Below, one piece after another: positions 21,081-30,495 of a stretch of DNA of 64,000 nucleotides. The notes below the pieces were generated by a model, which saw nothing but the letters and a program-made list of their open reading frames with translations, did no database searches and was not told where the DNA came from. Each line of letters starts with the position of its first letter. Position 1 is the stretch's first letter. Source of the DNA: Candidatus Bathyarchaeota archaeon (GTDB taxonomy: Archaea > Thermoproteota > Bathyarchaeia > Bathyarchaeales > Bathycorpusculaceae); the NCBI GenBank assembly GCA_963827165.1, contig CAWGZR010000009.1, positions 96,001 through 160,000 of the forward strand. Reading direction: 5' to 3'. Made by a program: the position numbers and the translations under genes.

Positions 21081-22340
21081 TTACAGAAGACGTTTTTTCG
21101 ACGTTTTCTTCAGGGCAACCAACAGCGCCGCCGAAACAGCAACTGTGAGCACCGCAATTGTAACATATAATAGTTGAAGCGTAAACAATCCGTTGGTCTG
21201 AAAATTAAGTTTTGCGAGCCATACGGACTGACTTTTTGAGCCTACAATTACGTAGCCGCCACTTCTAACGGGAATAAGCGAGTTATAGTTTGCCTCCAAC
21301 CCCCAGGGCAATGACACCCCGGGAAGACTCATCTTCCAAAGTTCGTCGCTGGATTTATCGATCATCATTAATCCAGGTTCAGTTAGGTTTGAGATGGTTA
21401 GCAACAAGTAGTCTTCGTTCGAGGTTTCAACTGCGCCTGTTATTGAGCTGCCTTTGGCGCCGAATGTTTGGTTCCATTGCATGGCGCCTACAGAATCTGT
21501 TTTGACTATCCAGGCGCATTTGTCCCAAAGATAACCGTACAATAGGTATCCACCATCTCGTGTAGCGATTGCTCCATTGCATTCAGGTTGGATGAAATAG
21601 CCTTGGCCGCCGTAAGTTGTATTCCAAATAATGCCGCCTGAGGCGTTCATTTTGGCGAGCGAGAAAAAGCCTTGATTGGGAACAAAAGAGTATGGAGTGC
21701 AAGACAAAATGTATCCTCCATCGGAAGTTTGAATAATGGTTGAGGGGCAATCAGCGACTTTTCCCAGAAGCGTCTCGTTCCACTGCATGTTTCCATACGA
21801 ATTAGTTTTAAAAAACCATATCCAGCCCAGACCTTCTACTGCGTTCTCCCCGAAATCCGCAAATGCGAAACCGCCGTCGCGAGTTTGAATGATTGACATG
21901 AGATAGTTTACTTGAGCGCCCGAACTGAACATTTGGGTCCATTGAACGTTACCTTGCGAATCAGTTTTCACCAAAGTGCACTGATTATTTACAAGTCCCG
22001 CCAAAAGGTAGCCACCGTCGCTTGTAGGAAGGAGGCGAGTAAGATTCGTAATATCTTGGCCTACTCGAATTGTCTTCATCCATAAAAGATGATTTGAAGA
22101 GTCAAGTTTTACTAAGAAAGTAGATGTTTGGTTGGAAGTGTTTAAAACCAAACTTCCGTCAGCAAGCTGAAAAACCGAGTAACCGGTTTCGCCGGGCAAA
22201 TTAGAATTCAACACAATAGGAGAAGACAACGGACTAGAATCTCTTGATTCCGTGGAAGCAAACGCTACCCCTGAAAAGGCTGAAATCAACATTACCGTTA
22301 TCAAGAATGCGGAAATCGTCTCCTTGTCCATATTGAGCAT
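21081..22340 (-). CDS. Secreted, membrane-anchored beta-propeller-like repeat protein
   Basis: Signal peptide; repeated T.DGGY...KTDS.G..QW..T units; C-terminal TM followed by basic tail. Confidence 0.8.
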   Translation of the reverse strand: MLNMDKETISAFLITVMLISAFSGVAFASTESRDSSPLSSPIVLNSNLPGETGYSVFQLADGSLVLNTSNQTSTFLVKLDSSNHLLWMKTIRVGQDITNLTRLLPTSDGGYLLAGLVNNQCTLVKTDSQGNVQWTQMFSSGAQVNYLMSIIQTRDGGFAFADFGENAVEGLGWIWFFKTNSYGNMQWNETLLGKVADCPSTIIQTSDGGYILSCTPYSFVPNQGFFSLAKMNASGGIIWNTTYGGQGYFIQPECNGAIATRDGGYLLYGYLWDKCAWIVKTDSVGAMQWNQTFGAKGSSITGAVETSNEDYLLLTISNLTEPGLMMIDKSSDELWKMSLPGVSLPWGLEANYNSLIPVRSGGYVIVGSKSQSVWLAKLNFQTNGLFTLQLLYVTIAVLTVAVSAALLVALKKTSKKRLL

Positions 22341-22669
22341 AACATAAACCTGATTCCGATGAATATTAGTCTAATCTTGGAACGCCAATGTTCCACTTTT
22401 GGAACAGACTTACCGAAACCTGATTGGACGAACATTTCTAATTTGCTTCTCACAAGGGTTTGGTTTTGCCAGTGGTGCAAAACTGTATTTCTTATTGCTC
22501 TTCAAAAGTCAAAGATGAATTAAAGAGCAAGATAGCTTTCCGCTTAGATACTTTACAATTGTTTGGACCCAGCGGTCCAAGCGCTTGTTTACGTTGGGTT
22601 TCTAGTGTATCACCATGCAACCGATAGTAATTCTTTTAAGGACACCGGGCTATTCTTGTATGCTATTCG

Positions 22670-24301
22670 GTGAGGAGAGAAAAGGTGGCTACGGGCACAG
22701 GGGTTAAAATTGTTCTTACAGCGTCAGCAACAGAAATGAGCGATTTCTATAATAATCCATTTATAGCTTTCACAGCGGGTTTCGCGAGAGGTCCCTTCCC
22801 ACTTTCACTCGTGAGAAAAACCTTGTATCCGCCTGTTGACCGCAGACCCGACGGCAGGGCAAGATTCGCGCCATATGGCCTTCGAAAAGTCGAGGCTATG
22901 CTTCTAGAAAACGGGTTCACGTCCAAAGAAGTTGTCGTGGTTCACCCCGACGACCTAGAAGATTTTGTAGGCCCACAAACAAGGGTTCTTGGCATATCCT
23001 CGATGGATCCGACAGGCATGGGCTATGTAAGCAAAACGTACTCGTCAATTATCGGCGGTGGTGAACCCATGAATGCCGTGGAATTCCAAAAACTCGTAAC
23101 TCACCCAAGCATCAAGAAGTATAAACCGAAAATTATTGTCGGGGGATTCGGCGCTTGGCAGCTGGAACGCAAACATGTGTCAGATAGTTTAGGCGTCGAT
23201 TGTGTGCTTCTCGGCGGAAGACCCGAACCCATAATTGACATTTTCAAGAAAGCCGTCAGCGGCAAAGCTCTCCCGCGCATCGTCAAAGCTGACGAATCAA
23301 TCAGCAACTGGGATTACAACACTATTATGCCCCTGACCCGTCACGCGGGAATCCATGGCGCGGTGGAAATTTCAAAAGGCTGCGGAAGAAACTGCCAGTT
23401 TTGCACTCCCACTATGCAGCATAAAATTGATGTTCCGCTTGAAAAAATTATGCACGAAGTAGCGTTAACTACGGCTGAAGGCAGCAACCACATAACCCTC
23501 GTCACCGAAGACCTGTTCCTCTATGGAGCAGACAAGAACTTTGTTCCCAACAGAGAAGCCGTTGTGAACCTCGTCAAGAACGTTGCGAAGTACCCTGGCG
23601 TCAAAAGCATCCAGGCTTCTCACATGTCGTTGGCTCCGGCAGTTCATAACCCGCAGATGATTAAGGAACTCGCGGAAATTCTGATTGAACGCAGTTGGTA
23701 CTCGTTCGGCAAAAAAGCCATAATCACCGCTGAAACCGGAATTGAAACTGGCAGCCCCCGTTTGATGAAGAAGTACATGGGTGGCAAGATGCTACCGTAT
23801 AAGCCTGAGCAGTGGCAAGAAATCGTTGAAGGTGCGTTCGGCATCTTAAACGATAACAACTGGTATCCTCTGGCAACCTTGATTATCGGTTTGCCCGACG
23901 AGAAAGAAGAAGATGTACTGCAGACGCTTGAATTGATGGACAAACTTAAGAATTATAACGCATTTTACGTGCCCCTATTCTTCGTTCCGCTTGAGAACTG
24001 TGTGTTGATGAAACAGAAGGGCGCGGAACTTGACTCTCTCTCGCAGATACGCTGGGACTTCTTCATCAAATGCTGGGAATATAACGTCCGCATCTGGAAA
24101 CCCACTTTCCTAGAAAACCGCATCCGAAACCCATTTCTCTACAAAGCAATAGAACACATCGTCATTCCCTACGCGGGAAGAATCGCAGGATTTTACTTCG
24201 GCTTGACAAGAGGCGAACAACTGAAACAAGCGTTATGGAGTCTTAGCATGTCTGAGCCAGCCACCGTTAAAGGCATTAAGGGTCGGAGAAACTCAAGTTG
24301 A
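22670..24301 (+). CDS. B12-binding radical SAM enzyme, GDGT ring synthase (Grs)-like family
   Basis: IVLT, APYGLRKVEA, IIVGG.GAWQ, CGRNCQFC, GIETGSPRL, TLIIGLP, VPLFFVP motifs, recalled as shared with Sulfolobus GrsA/B. Confidence 0.75.
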   Translation: MRREKVATGTGVKIVLTASATEMSDFYNNPFIAFTAGFARGPFPLSLVRKTLYPPVDRRPDGRARFAPYGLRKVEAMLLENGFTSKEVVVVHPDDLEDFVGPQTRVLGISSMDPTGMGYVSKTYSSIIGGGEPMNAVEFQKLVTHPSIKKYKPKIIVGGFGAWQLERKHVSDSLGVDCVLLGGRPEPIIDIFKKAVSGKALPRIVKADESISNWDYNTIMPLTRHAGIHGAVEISKGCGRNCQFCTPTMQHKIDVPLEKIMHEVALTTAEGSNHITLVTEDLFLYGADKNFVPNREAVVNLVKNVAKYPGVKSIQASHMSLAPAVHNPQMIKELAEILIERSWYSFGKKAIITAETGIETGSPRLMKKYMGGKMLPYKPEQWQEIVEGAFGILNDNNWYPLATLIIGLPDEKEEDVLQTLELMDKLKNYNAFYVPLFFVPLENCVLMKQKGAELDSLSQIRWDFFIKCWEYNVRIWKPTFLENRIRNPFLYKAIEHIVIPYAGRIAGFYFGLTRGEQLKQALWSLSMSEPATVKGIKGRRNSS

Positions 24302-25217
24302 TCATAGGCGGCTCTTCAGACTCATTCGCGGTTTCATGTTTTTCCTCTTCTTTCAGCGGCTGTTCCTGAATTGTTTCAGCAGCGGGTTGAGTCGGCATTT
24401 TAAGGATTTTCCGTGCATGGGTAATGTATCCTGTGTGTCCAGTCATTAGGGTTTGAGGTCGGGTTTTTCCTCGTTCAACCTGCATTGCCCGCATCATGCA
24501 TTCAATGGTTTCGATGAATACGAACCCATTTTCTTTTAGTGCTTCGGTAGTTTTCACAACTTGGTCAATCGTTGGGCTGAAAGAAACAAGTATGCCTGAC
24601 GGCCTAAGCGCTTCGTACGCGTGGGGGACAACAAGCCAAGGAACAGCTAGATCCAAAATCACCGCATCCACATCCCTCTCCTCGATACCGAGGGTCACGT
24701 CGCCGCTTTTCATCTCTACATGATCAATGAGTTTTGAGCGTTCGAGGTTTTTGGCTGCGTTTTTTTGGAATTCGCATCGCAGCTCGTAGGTGTAGACTTT
24801 TCCTGTTGGACCAACATAATGTGCGAGGGCTGTGGTTAATGATCCTGTTCCTGTACCCGATTCGACCACTCGGCTTCCCGGACCGATTCCACTGAACATG
24901 ACAATTAGGGCTGCATCTTTCGGGTAGATGATCTGCGTATTTCGCGAAGACTTCATGATGTAGTCTGTTAAGGCAGGTTTCAGCGTGGTGAAGTAAATGC
25001 CTAAGCTGCTTTTGATTGGTTCGCCGTATTCTTTTCCGATTAATTCGTCTAGTTTCAAGTAGCCTTTGTGAGTGTGGAATGTTTGGCCTGCCTGCATCTT
25101 GATCATGTAGGTTCTGCGCGCGTCCAAGTAAATGAGAACGTAGTCTCCCTCGCATATTTTTTGGTTAGCCAACAGATTTGTTCCTCTTTGGGAAAATGAA
25201 AATGCAGGTTGTGCCAT
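24276..25217 (-). CDS. trmI: tRNA (adenine-N1)-methyltransferase TrmI
   Basis: TQIIYPKD, ESGTGTGSLT, ILDL, FSPTIDQV, HTGY motifs; true start may be downstream. Confidence 0.93.
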   Translation of the reverse strand: MAQPAFSFSQRGTNLLANQKICEGDYVLIYLDARRTYMIKMQAGQTFHTHKGYLKLDELIGKEYGEPIKSSLGIYFTTLKPALTDYIMKSSRNTQIIYPKDAALIVMFSGIGPGSRVVESGTGTGSLTTALAHYVGPTGKVYTYELRCEFQKNAAKNLERSKLIDHVEMKSGDVTLGIEERDVDAVILDLAVPWLVVPHAYEALRPSGILVSFSPTIDQVVKTTEALKENGFVFIETIECMMRAMQVERGKTRPQTLMTGHTGYITHARKILKMPTQPAAETIQEQPLKEEEKHETANESEEPPMINLSFSDP

Positions 25218-25411
25218 TTAAGCTTTGAATACCTGTTCCTTTAGGAAAGGTCTCTAGTCAATGAAAACAGAATTTTGATGTACTAATGAACGCCATTATT
25301 TTCTTATGTTTGAAAATACATAGATTAATATGGCTTATACACTGAGATTAGCTAGCGACCTATTTTGATACGTACGGGCAAGTTTAATTAATTTTTGGAG
25401 CTGAAAAATAA

Positions 25412-28400
25412 GTGAAAACGCCAAACAAAAACAAGAAAATGGAAAGCCCTTCTTTAAGTTCCAAAGTGGGAAAATCCATAATCGTGGGGATAGGCGCTTC
25501 CGCAGGTGGATTAGAGGCATTCAAAGTGTTGCTCGAATCCTTGCCTGCCGACACGGGCTTATCTTTTGTCATCATCCAGCATCTGGCTAGCGGTCAAGAA
25601 AGCTTGTTAACAGAAATTCTATCAAGATTCACCAACATGCCAGTTCAAACTGTTAAAGACGGGACGGAAGTTGAAGCAGACAATGTTTACGTAATTCCTC
25701 CTGGAACAATCATGACCATGGATAATAAGATGCTCAAACTCAACCCAAAAATCACAATGATCAAGCCTATAGATGCCTTCTTTGTTTCCCTTGCCGAGGA
25801 TTTGAAAACTCAAAGCATAGGGATCATTCTTTCAGGAACTGGATCTGATGGAACCGAAGGGCTAAAAGCCATCAAGACACATGGAGGAATCACTTTCGCC
25901 CAGAGTCCAGAATCTGCAGAGTATCCAGCGATGCCCCAGAGTGCTATTTCGGCTGACGCAGCAGATTTTGTTTTGCCTCCTAACAAAATTGCAGAGAAAC
26001 TGCCAATAATTGCCAAGAACCCTAAGCTTGTACACACCGAAATTGAATCAAAAGGGAAAAACAGGGCGAGAGAACCTGCAGCAAAAAACGAAACAGGCTT
26101 GATTGCAATTTTTTCAATGTTAAAAACCGCGTTTAATGTCGATTTCTCTCATTACAAGGAAACCGTGGTAAATCGCCGCGTAAACCGCCGAATGGTAATT
26201 AACAATATGGAAGAAATCGCACGATACGTGGAATATTTGAAGGCACACCCAAATGAGTTAGAAGCATTATATAACGACATGTTGATTGGCGTAACTAGCT
26301 TTTTCAGGGAAACAGAAACATTTGCATCCCTTAAAGAAACTGCGTTTCCAGAGATTGTGAAGAACCGTTTGCCTAAAGATCCCATTAGAATTTGGATTCC
26401 AGGCTGCTCAACAGGCGAAGAAGCCTACTCATTCGCCATAGCAATTCAGGAATTCCTCGATGAAAAGTCGCTTAATCTTCAGGTCCAGATTTTCGGAACC
26501 GACGTTAACGAAAGAAACATTGAGAAAGCTCGACAAGGCATCTACCCAAAAACCATTGAAGCCGACGTCAATGAAAACCGACTAAAACAATTCTTTATCG
26601 AAAATAATGGCAACTATCAAATTGCCAAAGCCATCCGAGACATGTGTGTTTTTGCGAAGCAGGACGTAACAGCAGACCCGCCATTCTCCAACTTGGACCT
26701 TGTCAGTTGCCGCAACATGCTCATATATTTTGACGAGTACCTGCACGAAAGAATAATACATACTCTGAATTATGCGCTGAAACTGGGTTGTTTTCTTGTT
26801 CTCGGATCATCTGAAAGCATCGGACAATTCACCAGTTTCTTTGAACCTGTTAGCAAACGAGGCGTGATTTACGTTAAAAAAAGAGCCCAACCCACCATAA
26901 CTTTCGGCTTGCAATCGTCATTCCCCTATGCAAAATCTCAAGCCGAAAAAAGTGTTGAGAAGAAAGACGTACTTTCGGCGCTACGGGACGAAGTCGACCG
27001 GTTATTGATTACGGAATATGTTCCCGCCGCATTACTGGTTAATAATGATTTAGACGTTCTTATTTTCCGAGGGAACGTTGGACATTACATTTCGCCTGAT
27101 TCGGGATTAGCGAGTTTAAATTTATCTAAGATTATTAGGAAAGAACTAAGACCCGAGATAACGTCAGTAGTTTATCGGGCAAAGAAAGAAAAGAAACCTA
27201 TTAAGGAAAACGCGGTGCGGTTTGAGTATTCGGGGGAGCAGAAAACAATCAATATTCAGGTACTTCCTTTGCATGTACCACAATATGAGGAACCTTTCTT
27301 TTTGCTTCTATTCGAAGACGTCAGTTCAGCAGCAACTCTCCTACGTCAAAACACGGAATTAACTTTCAGTTCCGAAGGTAAAGACATCGCCCGCGACCGC
27401 CAAAATCGAGAGCTCAGGGAAGAATTGGAGTCAACAAAGCAGACTTTGCAGCGAATTGTTGAAACTCAGGAAGCCACAAACGAAGAGCTGAGAACTACGA
27501 TGGAGGAGGCGCAGTCAAGCAACGAGGAGTTACAGAGCACAAACGAAGAATTGGAAACTGCGAAAGAAGAGCTTCAATCAAGCAACGAGGAACTGAAAAC
27601 GCTTAATGATGAGTTGAAGAACCGAAACCAGGTACTTGCGCAAGTGAACGATGACTTAACTAATTTGAACAGAAATGTGGATCCAGCGGTCATCATGGTC
27701 GATAAAAATCTAAAGATTAGATTATTTTCTCCCTCAGCACAAACAATTCTCAACCTTTCGGTTTCAGAAATTGGGCTGCCGCTGACAACTGTTAAATTGG
27801 GCATAAAAGTAGAAGACATAGAAAAAAATATTTACGAAGTAGTATCTAAACTCCATCCTATCACTAGAGAAGTGCGAGACGAAAAAGGTCGCTATTACGA
27901 TATGCGAATACGACCGTATATTACACAAGATGATAGGATCGGTGGTGCCATTCTATCCTTTTTAGACATCGATGAGCTGAGAAAATACCAGCGGCTTGCT
28001 AACATAGGTGAGGCAGCTGGCATGGTAGGTCATGATATCCGCAATCCCCTGCAGGCTATCACCAGCGACTTGTACTTGATCAACGATGAGCTAAAGGGTG
28101 TGCCTCAGGGCGAAAGCAGGAAAGCTATGGAAGAGAGTCTTGATTCAATTGGGCAAAACATCGTTTATATTGATAAGATAGTTAGCGATCTGCAGGATTA
28201 TACAAGGACGATCAAGCCAAACATTCAAGAAATTAACCTTAACGACTTGGCAAACATGATTCTTGCCAAAACAAACATTCCGAAAAACATACAGACTCAA
28301 ATCAACGTGGATCCAAACCTGATTCTCGGAGCTGATTCTGCATACCTTAGGCGAGTTCTAACCAACCTGATTATTAATGCAATACAGGCGATGCCTAACG

Positions 28401-28666
28401 GCGGCAAACTAACAGTAAGAGCGACGGTAAACGGGGGAAATGTATCCATTGATATTGAGGACACTGGCGTGGGTATACCTGATCGTGTTAAGCCTAACTT
28501 GTTTAAGCCTCTGTTCACAACCAAATCGAAAGGTCAAGGGTTAGGTTTAGCCGTGGTTAAGCGCCTTGTTGAAGGATTAGACGGCAAAGTAAGCTTTGTA
28601 AGTCAAGAAGGCAACGGAACAAAATTCACGATAGAGTTACCTCTGAAAGCAAGAAACACTGCATAA
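25412..28666 (+). CDS. CheB-CheR-coiled coil-PAS-histidine kinase fusion
   Basis: GASAGG/QHL/SGTGSDG (CheB), IWIPGCSTGEEAYS and CRNMLIYF (CheR), NEELQSTNEEL repeats, GHDIRNPL. Confidence 0.95.
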   Translation: MKTPNKNKKMESPSLSSKVGKSIIVGIGASAGGLEAFKVLLESLPADTGLSFVIIQHLASGQESLLTEILSRFTNMPVQTVKDGTEVEADNVYVIPPGTIMTMDNKMLKLNPKITMIKPIDAFFVSLAEDLKTQSIGIILSGTGSDGTEGLKAIKTHGGITFAQSPESAEYPAMPQSAISADAADFVLPPNKIAEKLPIIAKNPKLVHTEIESKGKNRAREPAAKNETGLIAIFSMLKTAFNVDFSHYKETVVNRRVNRRMVINNMEEIARYVEYLKAHPNELEALYNDMLIGVTSFFRETETFASLKETAFPEIVKNRLPKDPIRIWIPGCSTGEEAYSFAIAIQEFLDEKSLNLQVQIFGTDVNERNIEKARQGIYPKTIEADVNENRLKQFFIENNGNYQIAKAIRDMCVFAKQDVTADPPFSNLDLVSCRNMLIYFDEYLHERIIHTLNYALKLGCFLVLGSSESIGQFTSFFEPVSKRGVIYVKKRAQPTITFGLQSSFPYAKSQAEKSVEKKDVLSALRDEVDRLLITEYVPAALLVNNDLDVLIFRGNVGHYISPDSGLASLNLSKIIRKELRPEITSVVYRAKKEKKPIKENAVRFEYSGEQKTINIQVLPLHVPQYEEPFFLLLFEDVSSAATLLRQNTELTFSSEGKDIARDRQNRELREELESTKQTLQRIVETQEATNEELRTTMEEAQSSNEELQSTNEELETAKEELQSSNEELKTLNDELKNRNQVLAQVNDDLTNLNRNVDPAVIMVDKNLKIRLFSPSAQTILNLSVSEIGLPLTTVKLGIKVEDIEKNIYEVVSKLHPITREVRDEKGRYYDMRIRPYITQDDRIGGAILSFLDIDELRKYQRLANIGEAAGMVGHDIRNPLQAITSDLYLINDELKGVPQGESRKAMEESLDSIGQNIVYIDKIVSDLQDYTRTIKPNIQEINLNDLANMILAKTNIPKNIQTQINVDPNLILGADSAYLRRVLTNLIINAIQAMPNGGKLTVRATVNGGNVSIDIEDTGVGIPDRVKPNLFKPLFTTKSKGQGLGLAVVKRLVEGLDGKVSFVSQEGNGTKFTIELPLKARNTA

Positions 28667-28853
28667 AAATTTCTTTTGAAGCGTCCTAACAATTTAGCGC
28701 TAACATGAAGCTTACTCAAGCTCGAGATTTGACAGGTAAAAGGTTTGCACGTATGCCCTTTCCCCAATGCGAGAAACTAATGAACAAGTACTGCAAAAAT
28801 GGATTATATACTCAGTTCTTTGTGGGTATTCTCGTATTCCTCAACCATGTGCT

Positions 28854-29096
28854 TTACTTTTTTTCTAGCTGCCGCTCATACACGTGTTCAGGTATAGGCG
28901 GAGACAGGGTCTTTTTGCTGTGTAGCTCAGTAGGCGTTACGATGCGTCTTTCGCCTGTTTTAACCTTGACTCGTTCGCCATCTGCAAAATCCTCAAAGTC
29001 TTCCAAGGCTTCAACAATCCAGTAACCTTCGCTTTTTGTTACAACCTTAACTTTGTAAAGTCCCCTATAATACAAAAAATCGTTCATAAAAACCAT
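28854..29096 (-). CDS. Small hypothetical protein, possibly C-terminally frameshifted
   Basis: 80-aa ORF; a -1 shift at an A7 run would extend it with VKHMVEEYENTHKELSI to 28804. Confidence 0.65.
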   Translation of the reverse strand: MVFMNDFLYYRGLYKVKVVTKSEGYWIVEALEDFEDFADGERVKVKTGERRIVTPTELHSKKTLSPPIPEHVYERQLEKK

Positions 29097-29142
29097 TTAT
29101 ACCTATGCATTTGGCGGTAAATAAACGCTTCATTCACCGCGG

Positions 29143-30495
29143 CTACAACAAATACTGCTTACCCTTCTCCACAAGCTGCACGTTGCAGCCAACGTTACCC
29201 ATAAACTTCTTGAACAACTCGGCGTTCTCGGTATGAATCGGAAAAACCTGCTTTGCACCCATCTTTTTCAATGCGGCTTTAAGTGGCAGAGGCATCATGT
29301 GTCCTGACACGTGAACGTGATATTGAGGCAAACCATAGTGGCTAAGCCAATTAACCAATCGGTCATAATCGATTTCCATCTCTTCGTTAAATGGCTCCGA
29401 AGCAGACAAGACGTAGCAGCTTCCAGCAGTTGGTTGAATGCTGATAAGCTCTTCGAAATCGTAGAAGCTCACTGCTAAAACCACTTTGCACTGTTGCTTC
29501 GAAACATCGAACACATCCAAAACCTTGTTTTCCCCGCCCAAACGCTCCATCAACCTGGTTTCCCATTTTTCATAACGTTTCTTCGATTTTCGAAAAACCC
29601 GAAGCCCATCATCCTCCAAAGCCGGAACCTTAAGATGCACGTCACCGCTAAGTGCATCCAGTAAATACGCTTGCCTTAGTGAAACCGCAAGGCATCGCTG
29701 ATGCTTCTGGGCGATTCGATGAAAAGTGTTGAGGCGATCAATGTCTGAGTAGCCGAATTCAGCCAACAGAATACCGTCAACCTGTGAAGCAATTTTGTCC
29801 AGTTTCGCTTCAACTTCAACTTCGTTGGAAACTGTTGCACCAATAGTGTTAGTGGCTTCAGTTACAACTGCAACGGGTTCAGCCTCACTTGCTTTTTCCA
29901 CAAACTCATGGGTCATCTCGGGTTTGCCGCCGTGATCTCGGAAATCACCCGTGTAAACTATTGTGCCGTTGGAAGTGTGAATCAGAAAACCATATGCACC
30001 TGGAATTGAATGATCAACATGGAAGGGTTCAACAACAACATCGTCGACTTGAATCTTGGCGCCAGTTCTGAAAACATTGAATTCGATATCACGTACGTCA
30101 AATTCTAGGTCGGCACGTCGAATTTCACTCATAGCGTGCAAGATTGTTTGAGCAGTTTCACCGCAGTAAACAGGAATTTCACGTTTGATAAAAGACAAAT
30201 ACCCAGAATGATCCAGATGGGCATGAGAAAGAAAAACCGCATTCGCTTCGGGCGGCGCAGGATCAAACTTGTAGATACCGCTTAAAGCAGGAAGAATCCC
30301 AAGTTCCTGGAGGCTTTTTTCGTTGCGAGGCGAAAGAAACGGCGGCGAATAAAACTGTTTTTTCGCGGAAAACGACATGCCGAAATCAAAGAAAATTTTT
30401 GTGGCGCGGTCTTGAAGCAGGATTTTGTTTCCTCCGATTTCGTTAACTCCCCCATAGAATGTTAAGGTCGTTTGGTTTTTGACCATGCCGTTCAC
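29143..30495 (-). CDS. MBL-fold hydrolase (RNase J/beta-CASP-like)
   Basis: GGVNEIGGN, SHAHLDH, VDHSIPGA, YTGDFR, HVSGH, PIHTE. Confidence 0.9.
   Translation of the reverse strand: MNGMVKNQTTLTFYGGVNEIGGNKILLQDRATKIFFDFGMSFSAKKQFYSPPFLSPRNEKSLQELGILPALSGIYKFDPAPPEANAVFLSHAHLDHSGYLSFIKREIPVYCGETAQTILHAMSEIRRADLEFDVRDIEFNVFRTGAKIQVDDVVVEPFHVDHSIPGAYGFLIHTSNGTIVYTGDFRDHGGKPEMTHEFVEKASEAEPVAVVTEATNTIGATVSNEVEVEAKLDKIASQVDGILLAEFGYSDIDRLNTFHRIAQKHQRCLAVSLRQAYLLDALSGDVHLKVPALEDDGLRVFRKSKKRYEKWETRLMERLGGENKVLDVFDVSKQQCKVVLAVSFYDFEELISIQPTAGSCYVLSASEPFNEEMEIDYDRLVNWLSHYGLPQYHVHVSGHMMPLPLKAALKKMGAKQVFPIHTENAELFKKFMGNVGCNVQLVEKGKQYLL

Noticed and set aside
27470-27620. DNA repeat (AACGAAGA/AACGAGGA units)
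   Set aside because: Explained by the NEEL heptad repeats of the CheB-CheR fusion.
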